Positions 38,934 to 47,390 of a stretch of DNA of 64,000 nucleotides are shown piece after piece. Position 1 is the first letter of the stretch; the number at the start of each line of letters is the position of its first letter. Both the position numbers and the translations under genes were made by a program. Source of the stretch: an uncultured Lachnospiraceae bacterium (GTDB taxonomy: Bacteria; Bacillota; Clostridia; Lachnospirales; Lachnospiraceae); the NCBI GenBank assembly GCA_902792005.1, contig CADAXW010000002.1, positions 6,292 through 70,291 of the forward strand, written 5' to 3'. A model generated the notes under the pieces. It did no database searches and was not told where the DNA came from. It worked only from the letters and a program-made list of their open reading frames with translations.

Positions 38934-39770
38934 ATGATAAAAATCAGAAATAACAGGGGTTCTGCAGTGGTGGAGGCGTCCATCGCCGTGCCGCTCTTCC
39001 TCTTTGTCCTGTTGTTTTTTTTCCATATGCTGCATGTTCAGACGGTTCGACAGGTGATTTATGAAGCGGGTGTGGAAACGGCGGAGTATGTGGCGGAGTA
39101 TTACTTCCTTCAGGAGGAAGCAAAGGACCTCCTGGAGGGAGGAACCTCTGTATCGGACATGGGGAAGGATAAGAAACGGGAGTCCTTTAAACAGAAGTCC
39201 GGACTGGTGGATCAGGCAACCCTTTTGGCCGTGGCGGCGGCACATTTGCAAGGTTCCCTGGATGAGCCTTCCATGGTTGAGAAGTATGTGAAGGGCGGTG
39301 TGTCCGGCATCTCGCTTCTGGGTTCCAGCCTGCCGGATCAGGACGGAGAGCTTCAGTTTACGATCCGTTACACCATTTGTATCAATACCCCGTTTCTTCC
39401 GACGGTGACGAAGGATATGGTGGAGACCATACGGCAGAAGCCTTATCTGGGATACACACCTGAAGAGGATGATGGGTCGGAAAGCGATCCCTTCGTTTAC
39501 ATCACGGATAATCAGGAGGTATATCACCGCAGCAGGGGATGCTCCCATCTGGTTCTGGGGATCCATCCCATGCAGAAGGAGGAAGCGGTGGAACAGGGAT
39601 ATCGAGCCTGCGCCTTTTGCGGAAAGAGCGCCGGGCTGGTGGTGCTGGTGGGTCCGGAAGGAGAATGCTACCACAGTGCGGCAGATTGCAGCGGCCTGAT
39701 ACGCCGTGTGCGCCGGGTACGTCTCAGCGAGACAGGAGGACTGCCGCCATGTTCCCGATGCGGGAAATAG
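38934..39770 (+). CDS. tadE: TadE-like minor pilin with C-terminal Cys/His modules
   Basis: RG|SAVVEASI; two YH-x4-C-x2-L...C-x2-C modules. Confidence 0.85.
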   Translation: MIKIRNNRGSAVVEASIAVPLFLFVLLFFFHMLHVQTVRQVIYEAGVETAEYVAEYYFLQEEAKDLLEGGTSVSDMGKDKKRESFKQKSGLVDQATLLAVAAAHLQGSLDEPSMVEKYVKGGVSGISLLGSSLPDQDGELQFTIRYTICINTPFLPTVTKDMVETIRQKPYLGYTPEEDDGSESDPFVYITDNQEVYHRSRGCSHLVLGIHPMQKEEAVEQGYRACAFCGKSAGLVVLVGPEGECYHSAADCSGLIRRVRRVRLSETGGLPPCSRCGK

Positions 39771-39781
39771 AGGGAGGAATA

Positions 39782-40144
39782 ATGATGAGGACGGGCAGAG
39801 AAGAGAGGAACAAGGGGATGATGACGCTGGAGGCGTCGGTGATCATTCCGATCATCCTTTTCCTTGTGGCGGGTGCGATCCTTCTATATCTCACCATAGG
39901 AAAAAGAGAATCGATCCGTGGTGAATATTATACGAATCTCTATACCATATCACTCGCTGAGGAACGAAGCAGGACGGAGGATCAGCTGAAGCTTTCCGGA
40001 GCTGTATATTATCTGGACAGGGTGGATGCCGGAAACTTTGCCGCCTTTCAAGCAGAATTTCCGGTACAGGCAGAAAGAGAACGGGATAAATGTGCGTCCA
40101 GACTGAGGAGGTGGCAGTTCTATGGAGATATTACGGAGGAATAA
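39782..40144 (+). CDS. Second TadE-like minor pilin
   Basis: KG|MMTLEASV class III signal; ATG at 39782 after GGAGG. Confidence 0.8.
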   Translation: MMRTGREERNKGMMTLEASVIIPIILFLVAGAILLYLTIGKRESIRGEYYTNLYTISLAEERSRTEDQLKLSGAVYYLDRVDAGNFAAFQAEFPVQAERERDKCASRLRRWQFYGDITEE

Positions 40145-41492
40145 AGGAGTCAGTACTTATATCGAGGTGGTCCCGGATGCAAGGGGACCGGTGAACATGG
40201 CTGATCCCTCCGGTCATTATCCGGAGGAGATGCTGAAGAACAATACGCTTGGGACACTTCTTCCATTGCAGCTGCAGTGGGTGGATGGGTCGGCGCATTT
40301 GTTATACAAAACAGACGGGATGATCAGCCTGTCCCGGATATGGAGCAGCAAGGGTCCGGGCCGGGCAGAAGTGCAGCGGCTTCTGCTCGATCTCGCGGCC
40401 GCAATCCGAGAACTGGAGGATTATTTGCTTCCGCCGGAAGGGCTGATCCTGTCGCTCTCTTATATCATGCATGATGAGAACAGCGATCGTCTGCGGTTTC
40501 TGTATGTGACGGAGGGAGGGACAGAGTTTTCTTCCGGGATGAAACGAATGTTTGAAGAGATCATGCCTGCCTATCTGCATGAAGGGGAGTCGGACATCCT
40601 CTGGTTTTACGATATGTATGGCCGATTCCTGGATGGAAGCTTCACTCCGGACATGCTGCTTCAGCTTACGGATGAGTGGAGGCAGGAAAGAAGGCCGGAA
40701 CGATGGCAGGAAGGATGGCCTGGGCGAAGGCAGGAACGAGGACTGGAAGGAAGGCAGGAACGAGGACAGGAAGAACGGAAGGAACGTTGGCAGGAGGGAC
40801 GCCCGGGAAGAGGACAGGAAGGAAATGCAGAACCTGCAGCTTTCGTTGATGCCGGAATGGCCGGGTCGAAAGAAGAGAAACCTTCTCTGCTTCAGTCCGG
40901 GCGGGTGCTTATTCTGATCGGCGTCGCAGTTCTTCTGACGGCAATGGGACTGTTCGTTCTTATGGGCAGCCGTTCCCTTATGATCTCAGCGGTACTTGCA
41001 GCAGCCTATGCGGTATTTCTTGTCTGCCAGCTGCTGTCGGAGGATCAAAGGAAGAAGGCAGTATCCAGGAAGGAGATGGAGGACCGGCTGAGAGAACCTT
41101 ATAAAGAACCGGATGGTGTGGTCGCTTACGTGGAGGAAGCAGTCCATTATGCGCAGGCAACGGAAGGGGGTGGCTCGGAGACGGGAGTTCTTGCTCCGGC
41201 CCTGAAGCAGCTGGTTCCCATGGAGGTGGGCATGCGTGCGCCCCTGTATATATCTGAGGGCTACTGCAGGATCGGACGGACCGCCGGCGAGAACGAATAT
41301 TGCATTCCGGCACCGGCCATCAGCAGGAATCATGCCAGACTGGAGTGCAGCGGAAATGTAGTCACGCTTCAGGACCTTGGATCCACCAATGGGACGTATC
41401 TCAACCATGTCAGGCTGGGACGCGAAAATGTGGCGGAGCTTCACTACGGGGATGTGGTCAGCTTCGCGGGCGAGGAATTCTATGTTGTGTAG
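40122..41492 (+). CDS. DUF6382 domain-TM-FHA domain protein
   Basis: N-terminal EMLKNN...LLPL...LQW.DG and EDYLLPPEGL; two TM helices; FHA motifs IGR, ISRNHA, DLGSTNGTYLN. Confidence 0.85.
   Translation: MEILRRNKGVSTYIEVVPDARGPVNMADPSGHYPEEMLKNNTLGTLLPLQLQWVDGSAHLLYKTDGMISLSRIWSSKGPGRAEVQRLLLDLAAAIRELEDYLLPPEGLILSLSYIMHDENSDRLRFLYVTEGGTEFSSGMKRMFEEIMPAYLHEGESDILWFYDMYGRFLDGSFTPDMLLQLTDEWRQERRPERWQEGWPGRRQERGLEGRQERGQEERKERWQEGRPGRGQEGNAEPAAFVDAGMAGSKEEKPSLLQSGRVLILIGVAVLLTAMGLFVLMGSRSLMISAVLAAAYAVFLVCQLLSEDQRKKAVSRKEMEDRLREPYKEPDGVVAYVEEAVHYAQATEGGGSETGVLAPALKQLVPMEVGMRAPLYISEGYCRIGRTAGENEYCIPAPAISRNHARLECSGNVVTLQDLGSTNGTYLNHVRLGRENVAELHYGDVVSFAGEEFYVV
40681..40822 (+). repeat. Low-complexity repeats encoding (W/R)QE(G/R) linker
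   Basis: Repeated GGCAGGAA(G/C)G units giving WRQERRPERWQEGWPGRRQERG... Confidence 0.6.
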
Positions 41493-41604
41493 CCGGAGTG
41501 CGAAATAGTAACGAACGGAAAAAAAGTGAGAATACAATGGGAAAACAATGAGTAAAAAATGAGAAAACAGAAAAAACAGAAAAAAACAGAAAGAGAGAAA
41601 GCGT

Positions 41605-44600
41605 ATGAAAAAAGGAAGAAGAAAACTGGCATTCATCATAGCGGTGATTTTTCTGCTCGCCACCTGCTCCTCCTTCCGTATCCGGACGGAGGCAGAAGGT
41701 GCAGCAGAGAAAGAAATGGATTTTTCCTCCTGTGAGCTTTTGGTGGGGACCGGGGACCCGTCGATCCTTACGGAGGGAACAGAGGTGCTTTCATCCTATA
41801 AAAATGTATATCTGATCAGGTACGAAACATCGGAGCAGACCCAAGAGGCATATCGGTATTACAGGAAATGCGCAGACTTTGTGGATATCAATATCTCGCT
41901 GTCTGTGTCAGAGAAGGAACCCGCATCGGAAGAAGAACACCCGGAGCTTACATCATCCATCACAAGAGGTGAGGTGCCGGACTCCATGCTGATGGGAATG
42001 GACACATCCATCCAGGTTCCGGACAAAACCATAGCACTCATCGATACGGGCGTGAATGACGAGGGGACTGTGGCAAGAACCTCCGTATTCGGCGATGACG
42101 GCAGAGATGAAAATGGGCATGGAACAAAAATGTTCCGCTTTATGAAGGAGGAATACCCTGAAGCAAGTATCCTTTCCATCAAGGCAATGGGTGCAGATGG
42201 AAGAGGACAGGTGTCGGATATCTATGCAGCAATCCAGTATGCCATGGAACTGAAGGTGGATGTGATCAATCTGTCAATTTCCGCCTATTATGCTCCGGGT
42301 TCCGAAGCAATCGAGCAGGCGGTCTCGGAAGCGGTCGGACGAGGGATCGTGGTTGTTGGATCGGCAGGGAACGGAGGAAATAATGCAGCCTATACAATCC
42401 CGGGAGGTATTTCAGAAGCAACGATCGTAGGTGCCTGTGACGCAAAGGGTGTAAGACGGGCTTCTTCAAATTATGGCACAACCGTTGATCATTATCTGGT
42501 ATCTGATTCCACATCAGAAGCGGCAGCCAGAATGTCTGCGATCCTTGCTCGGAATGACGGACAGTTTGTGGTGATGACAAATAATCCGGCCAATGGTCAT
42601 ACGGAGGGAACGCCTTATGTGAAACGGATCGTCCGGGATGGGAATACGGTGCTGTTCGGATATTATGATGCGAAAGGGAACTATGTTGACAGTGATTATA
42701 CGATCCCGGTCCGGGCAGGAGGAAAGGATTACAGTATGAATTCACTCTGTGTCCGATTTGACTGGTCGCCGGGAAATGATGATTATGAATTTGATGTAAA
42801 GACTCCGGTGGAGATAACGAACAAAAAGTCGAGACGGCTGATCTATCGTGCGATCCATATCCTTGATTATGACGTGGCACACAGAGTGGTCTGCTACTGG
42901 TTCGGACAGAAGGCGTCAGGTGCGATTTCGGGTCAGGATATGAACGAAGGAAATGATTCGGATTACATGAAAAACTACGGGAGCACAAGTATCTCCAATC
43001 CCATCTTTCATGGTACGGTGGATGAATTCATCGAGGAATACACCGGTGCGGATGCGGAGATCCCGGTGGATGTGGAATTCCACGCATACTATCTTGATAC
43101 GGACGCAGCAAAGCCTGCAGGTTATCCGGCCTATCAGGATTTTATCACATGGAAGGAAAAGGAGACCGGAGAAAAGAATTATTATATCGCAGTAAAGAAG
43201 GTTGATCCGAATGGAACTCCTATCGTGGGAGTCACCTTTGATGTTGCGGTCAACGGAGATAAGACCAGTCTCCTGCATATGGTAACAAATTCAAACGGGA
43301 TCGCGACACTGAATCTCGGGAAGTATTTCAGTAAGCCTTATGTGGCGATCAGAGAAACAGATGATTGGGACGGCGCAGAGGAGTTTCAGATCGATACAAG
43401 GTGGTACGGAAAGAAGGAAGCAAGAGGAGACGTGGGTGTTTATACCAGTGTGGCGGAAGCGAGAAGCCATGTTACAGAGGTGCGACATTTACGGGAGAAC
43501 AAAAGAGAGCCGGTGTATGTGTGTGTAAGGAAGAGATCGGCAAATAGTGAGATAACGGAGAATAACCCGAATTACAGTCTGGAGGATGCACGATATAAGG
43601 TTTATAAGTCCGAGGAGGATGCAAAGGAGGCGCTGCAGACCAGAGACTTCAGTAAGGCGGACGGGACGCTGAAGACGGATGCAGACGGTGAGACCGGGCT
43701 GATGGATGTGACGTCATTGATGGAACTGAACAGCAAGGGACGGCTCCGTCCCTCCGGAACCAGAGTCTATCTTGTAGAGTCCAAGGCTCCGAAGGGCTAT
43801 CAGATGTCAAATAAGGTAAGCAATGTGATCGTTTATCCGAACAATACAAAGGATAATCCTGCGCTGATCGAGGTGTCGGATACACCGGTCACAGAGGTGC
43901 TTTATCTGGGCATTCGAAAGGTTTCGGACGGAGATACGGAACATTATCTGTCCGGTGCAACCTTCCATCTGACCTACTATCCGGAGGATGTTTCGAAGAA
44001 TTACACCTATAAGGAGCTGACAGAGAAAAATGTGGAGCGGACCAGAGACTTCTGGCTCACAACGGAAAAGACCACTTTGAACAAGCAGGAGTATATCGGC
44101 GTGGTTCTGAAGGAGAAGCTTCCCCTGGGCTATGTCACGATAGAGGAGGTGGATGCTCCGGACGGATATCTGCTTCCCGGAGAGGATGGTAAGGCTTACG
44201 CTGGAGGAAAGAAGGCACCGGTCAGGATGACATTTGCGCTGGTAACCTCCGGAAATACAACCACAGGCTTCAGCTCCGGCGGTGCCCGGCTGATCACGGA
44301 TGACGGACGGCGGTCCACCACGCTTCCTGAGGACGCGGTGACACCGAATGAGATCGTATATGCAGATGCGCGGGTTCGCGGAGATCTGGAGATCCAGAAG
44401 TACTGTGAAACTGGAGACACACCATGGGAGGGTGCTGTATTTCAGATTGAAAATGTAGAAACACATGAACGGCATGTGATCGTAACAGATAAGAACGGGT
44501 ATGCCGGGACTTCGGCAGACTATCAGAAGCATAACCGGAACACAGGGTATTATGATAACGGAAGGTCGTATGACGGGACAAAAGCAGGTGTATGGTTCAG

Positions 44601-46425
44601 AGAAAATCCTTCGGATCCGGTCGGAGCAGATGCGACACCGGACAACAGCCGGGGTGCGCTGATCGAAGGGGAATATATCATTACTGAGATTGATGCTGCG
44701 GGACTTCAGAAGGAAGAGCCTGTCCGGATCTACGTGGGAAAGGAAGCAAAACGAAATGCGGATGGTACTGTCGAATGGACGGATCCGGAGGATGGAAATC
44801 CGAATGGACGGGTCTACCGCATATTTGATCCCGGCAGGACGGATGGAGCAGAGGCTGTTACAGACCGAAAGCTTCCTCAGTTTAAAACAAGAGCACTTAC
44901 CACGGATCCGGAGGGAACGGAAGAGGCGTCCCAGGTGACACTTCCAAAGGACGGGGTTACACTCTATGACGTGGTAGATCTGTCCGATCTTCGTACGGAC
45001 ACGGAGTACACCCTGGTGGGACGTGTGATGCAGAAGGAGGAGGATGGAACACTGTCGCCGCTGCTTAAGGCAGACGGAACGGCGGCGGAGGGAAGAACTA
45101 CATTTTCCACGAAAACCGGATATGAAACCTCCAGATATGAAGCGGCCGTTACCCAGGTGGTGAAGTTTGAAGATCTGGATCTCACGAGATATGCGGGCAG
45201 GGAGCTGGTGATCTATGAGCGTCTGTATCTCGGCACGGAGACGGAGGGCGAAAATGTTCTGACACATTACCCGGACAGTAATAATGATACGGTTACCTTC
45301 CCTTTGATCCATGAGGATCCGGAGGATGCGGACCAGACCATAAAAGTGCAGTCCGATCGTACACCGGCCATCGTAGGGACGACGCTTCTGGATAAGGAAA
45401 CGAGAGGACATATATCCTATCCGGATCAGAATATTACGCTGATCGATCTTGTGGAGTACAGTGGGACGGAATTTCGAGAGTCCGGGATCGACGAGCCTTA
45501 TGTAATAGAAGGAAAGCTGATGGATCGGGAAACCGGAGCTCCGATCCTGGATGAGAATGGAAAGGAGATCTGCGGAAGGACGGAGATTTATCCGGGCCGC
45601 GACGGATCCGGTCTTGCAGAGGTGAAGTATGAGTTCCATGGGAAGCTTCTGATGCTGGCTGGAAAGTCCGTGGTATGCTACGAATACCTGTATGAGAAAC
45701 CGGGCGGGAAAAAGATCGCGGAGCATGCAGATCTGAAGGATAAGGATCAGACGGTATCCTTTCCGAAAATCGGAACCAGCGCCGGAAAAACAAGGGTGAA
45801 ACGGATCGAAGAGTATGAGCAGGAGATCACGGTTACGGATACGGTCAGTTTCCGGAATCTTCCGGCTGATAAAGCAGAGACCTATATCATCCGTGGCTGG
45901 CTTGTGGATCAGGATGGAAAACCGGTAAAGATAAACGGGAAGGAGATACGTGCAGAAAAGGAGTTTACCACAGGAAAATCGAATGGGACCGTAGATGTTG
46001 TATTCCCATCCTTTACCTTCCTTCTTCCGGAAAACGAGAAGGAAGCCGAGTTTACATACGTGGTTTTCGAGGAGGTATATCTAAAAACGATCGATGCGAA
46101 AACCGGGGATCCGATGGAGGTTTTGGTGGGTGTCCATAAGGATGTGAAGGATCAGGAACAGACAGTCACGGGACGTCTGGAGCGAGAGGAAAGAGTGAAG
46201 CATGAGGAGAGGCCGAAGGATGAACCCGATGTCCCGGAGGACGACGGCCCCTATCCTTCCGACGACCATGAAAGGCCGGGGGAGGAGGATCGGGTGGGAG
46301 ATGACCAGCCGAGAACCGGAGACCAGGTACCGCTTACGATACTGTGGTGTGTGCTGATCATAGCGGCGGCAGGTCTCGGAACTACGCTCTTCCTGGAGTA
46401 TAGAAATACGGATGATGAGAAATAG
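41605..46425 (+). CDS. Sortase-anchored S8 (subtilisin-like) peptidase with SpaA-like and Thr-Gln ester-bond (VaFE-type) stalk domains
   Basis: Signal peptide; IALIDTG, NGHGT, SAGN, STSEAAA; E.KAP.GY repeats; three HxDxxDxxQ motifs; PRTGD, TM helix. Confidence 0.88.
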   Translation: MKKGRRKLAFIIAVIFLLATCSSFRIRTEAEGAAEKEMDFSSCELLVGTGDPSILTEGTEVLSSYKNVYLIRYETSEQTQEAYRYYRKCADFVDINISLSVSEKEPASEEEHPELTSSITRGEVPDSMLMGMDTSIQVPDKTIALIDTGVNDEGTVARTSVFGDDGRDENGHGTKMFRFMKEEYPEASILSIKAMGADGRGQVSDIYAAIQYAMELKVDVINLSISAYYAPGSEAIEQAVSEAVGRGIVVVGSAGNGGNNAAYTIPGGISEATIVGACDAKGVRRASSNYGTTVDHYLVSDSTSEAAARMSAILARNDGQFVVMTNNPANGHTEGTPYVKRIVRDGNTVLFGYYDAKGNYVDSDYTIPVRAGGKDYSMNSLCVRFDWSPGNDDYEFDVKTPVEITNKKSRRLIYRAIHILDYDVAHRVVCYWFGQKASGAISGQDMNEGNDSDYMKNYGSTSISNPIFHGTVDEFIEEYTGADAEIPVDVEFHAYYLDTDAAKPAGYPAYQDFITWKEKETGEKNYYIAVKKVDPNGTPIVGVTFDVAVNGDKTSLLHMVTNSNGIATLNLGKYFSKPYVAIRETDDWDGAEEFQIDTRWYGKKEARGDVGVYTSVAEARSHVTEVRHLRENKREPVYVCVRKRSANSEITENNPNYSLEDARYKVYKSEEDAKEALQTRDFSKADGTLKTDADGETGLMDVTSLMELNSKGRLRPSGTRVYLVESKAPKGYQMSNKVSNVIVYPNNTKDNPALIEVSDTPVTEVLYLGIRKVSDGDTEHYLSGATFHLTYYPEDVSKNYTYKELTEKNVERTRDFWLTTEKTTLNKQEYIGVVLKEKLPLGYVTIEEVDAPDGYLLPGEDGKAYAGGKKAPVRMTFALVTSGNTTTGFSSGGARLITDDGRRSTTLPEDAVTPNEIVYADARVRGDLEIQKYCETGDTPWEGAVFQIENVETHERHVIVTDKNGYAGTSADYQKHNRNTGYYDNGRSYDGTKAGVWFRENPSDPVGADATPDNSRGALIEGEYIITEIDAAGLQKEEPVRIYVGKEAKRNADGTVEWTDPEDGNPNGRVYRIFDPGRTDGAEAVTDRKLPQFKTRALTTDPEGTEEASQVTLPKDGVTLYDVVDLSDLRTDTEYTLVGRVMQKEEDGTLSPLLKADGTAAEGRTTFSTKTGYETSRYEAAVTQVVKFEDLDLTRYAGRELVIYERLYLGTETEGENVLTHYPDSNNDTVTFPLIHEDPEDADQTIKVQSDRTPAIVGTTLLDKETRGHISYPDQNITLIDLVEYSGTEFRESGIDEPYVIEGKLMDRETGAPILDENGKEICGRTEIYPGRDGSGLAEVKYEFHGKLLMLAGKSVVCYEYLYEKPGGKKIAEHADLKDKDQTVSFPKIGTSAGKTRVKRIEEYEQEITVTDTVSFRNLPADKAETYIIRGWLVDQDGKPVKINGKEIRAEKEFTTGKSNGTVDVVFPSFTFLLPENEKEAEFTYVVFEEVYLKTIDAKTGDPMEVLVGVHKDVKDQEQTVTGRLEREERVKHEERPKDEPDVPEDDGPYPSDDHERPGEEDRVGDDQPRTGDQVPLTILWCVLIIAAAGLGTTLFLEYRNTDDEK

Positions 46426-46459
46426 TATATAAAAATAACAAATTAAGAAATTACTAAAA

Positions 46460-47185
46460 TTATAACGGACTCTTCTTGGCAGTCCCCGGTTTTCGGGGAT
46501 AGGTCTTTGGGGTTGGGCGGACCTTCCGGATCGGGATCAGGGTGCGCTGGATATCGGTATCCGGCAGAACCAGCGAGATCGGAGGGTCCGCTTTTCCGCC
46601 CAGTTTGCTGATGGCATTTTTTGCCTGTGCAAGCTCTTCCTCCGCGGCAGCGGCTTTATAGGCAATGAAGGTCCCTCCTACCTTTGCAAAAGGAAGGTCG
46701 TATTCCGTCAGGATGGACAGGGCGGCTACGGCTCGGGAAACCACCAGGTCATACTGCTCCCGGTAGAGGGGGTCCCTTCCGCCTTCCTCAGCCCGGAGGT
46801 GTACTGCTTTGATATCCTTAAGCTTCAGTGTATCTATAACATTCTGAAGAAAGTCCACTCTCTTTCGGAGCGAGTCCAGTAAGGTGACGGAGAGAGAGGG
46901 GCATACGATCTTCAGGGGAATGCCGGGAAAACCTGCGCCGGTTCCCACATCGATGAGACGGGCTCCCGATTTAGTGAGGAGAGCCTTCAGACCCTCATCT
47001 GCAGCAAGAGGTGCAAGACTGTCCAGAAGATGTTTCTCGATAAACTCGTCCGGTTCCGTGATGGAGGTGAGATTCATGACCTTATTCTGCTCTACCACCA
47101 TTTCATAGTAGAGCTCCAGCTGCCTTAATTGTTCATCGGAAAGAAGTATGCCCGCATCGGACATATAGCTCCTGATTCGTTCCAT
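46460..47185 (-). CDS. rsmG: 16S rRNA m7G527 methyltransferase
   Basis: N..MNLTSI, HLLDSL, DVGTGAGFPGIPL, SRAVA, YPRKPG. Confidence 0.95.
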   Translation of the reverse strand: MERIRSYMSDAGILLSDEQLRQLELYYEMVVEQNKVMNLTSITEPDEFIEKHLLDSLAPLAADEGLKALLTKSGARLIDVGTGAGFPGIPLKIVCPSLSVTLLDSLRKRVDFLQNVIDTLKLKDIKAVHLRAEEGGRDPLYREQYDLVVSRAVAALSILTEYDLPFAKVGGTFIAYKAAAAEEELAQAKNAISKLGGKADPPISLVLPDTDIQRTLIPIRKVRPTPKTYPRKPGTAKKSPL

Positions 47186-47311
47186 GTTTGTTACCCCGGT
47201 TCTTTCATAAAGTCTCTCTCATAATATGCCATGGGCCGGTATAATTCAAGAAGAAATCCGCCGGAAATCTGCATGAAACAAAGGGGAAAACGGATGCCCA
47301 TAAAAAAAGGT

Positions 47312-47339
47312 TTGATTGTTTGACATCATGTGATATAAT
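47312..47339 (+). promoter_or_regulatory. Sigma-A promoter of the LCP gene
   Basis: TTGATT-16-TATAAT with TGn extension. Confidence 0.55.
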
Positions 47340-47390
47340 ATACGTTCAGTATGGGCAAGTGTAAGCAAAAGTAAATGAGACGAGGAAATC

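Noticed and set aside
43807-45726. 639-aa antisense ORF (also 23623-25224, 3483-4739, 18647-19576)
   Set aside because: Each lies fully opposite a well-supported gene and has no recognisable domain or RBS.
46460-47185. rsmG as a marker of the replication origin
   Set aside because: No mnmG/mnmE/parAB/dnaA neighbours or DnaA-box clusters were seen.
47326-47339. TCATGTGATATA shared with the promoter at 5321
   Set aside because: Explained by the common Firmicute extended -10 (TRTGnTATAAT); not evidence of a shared regulator.
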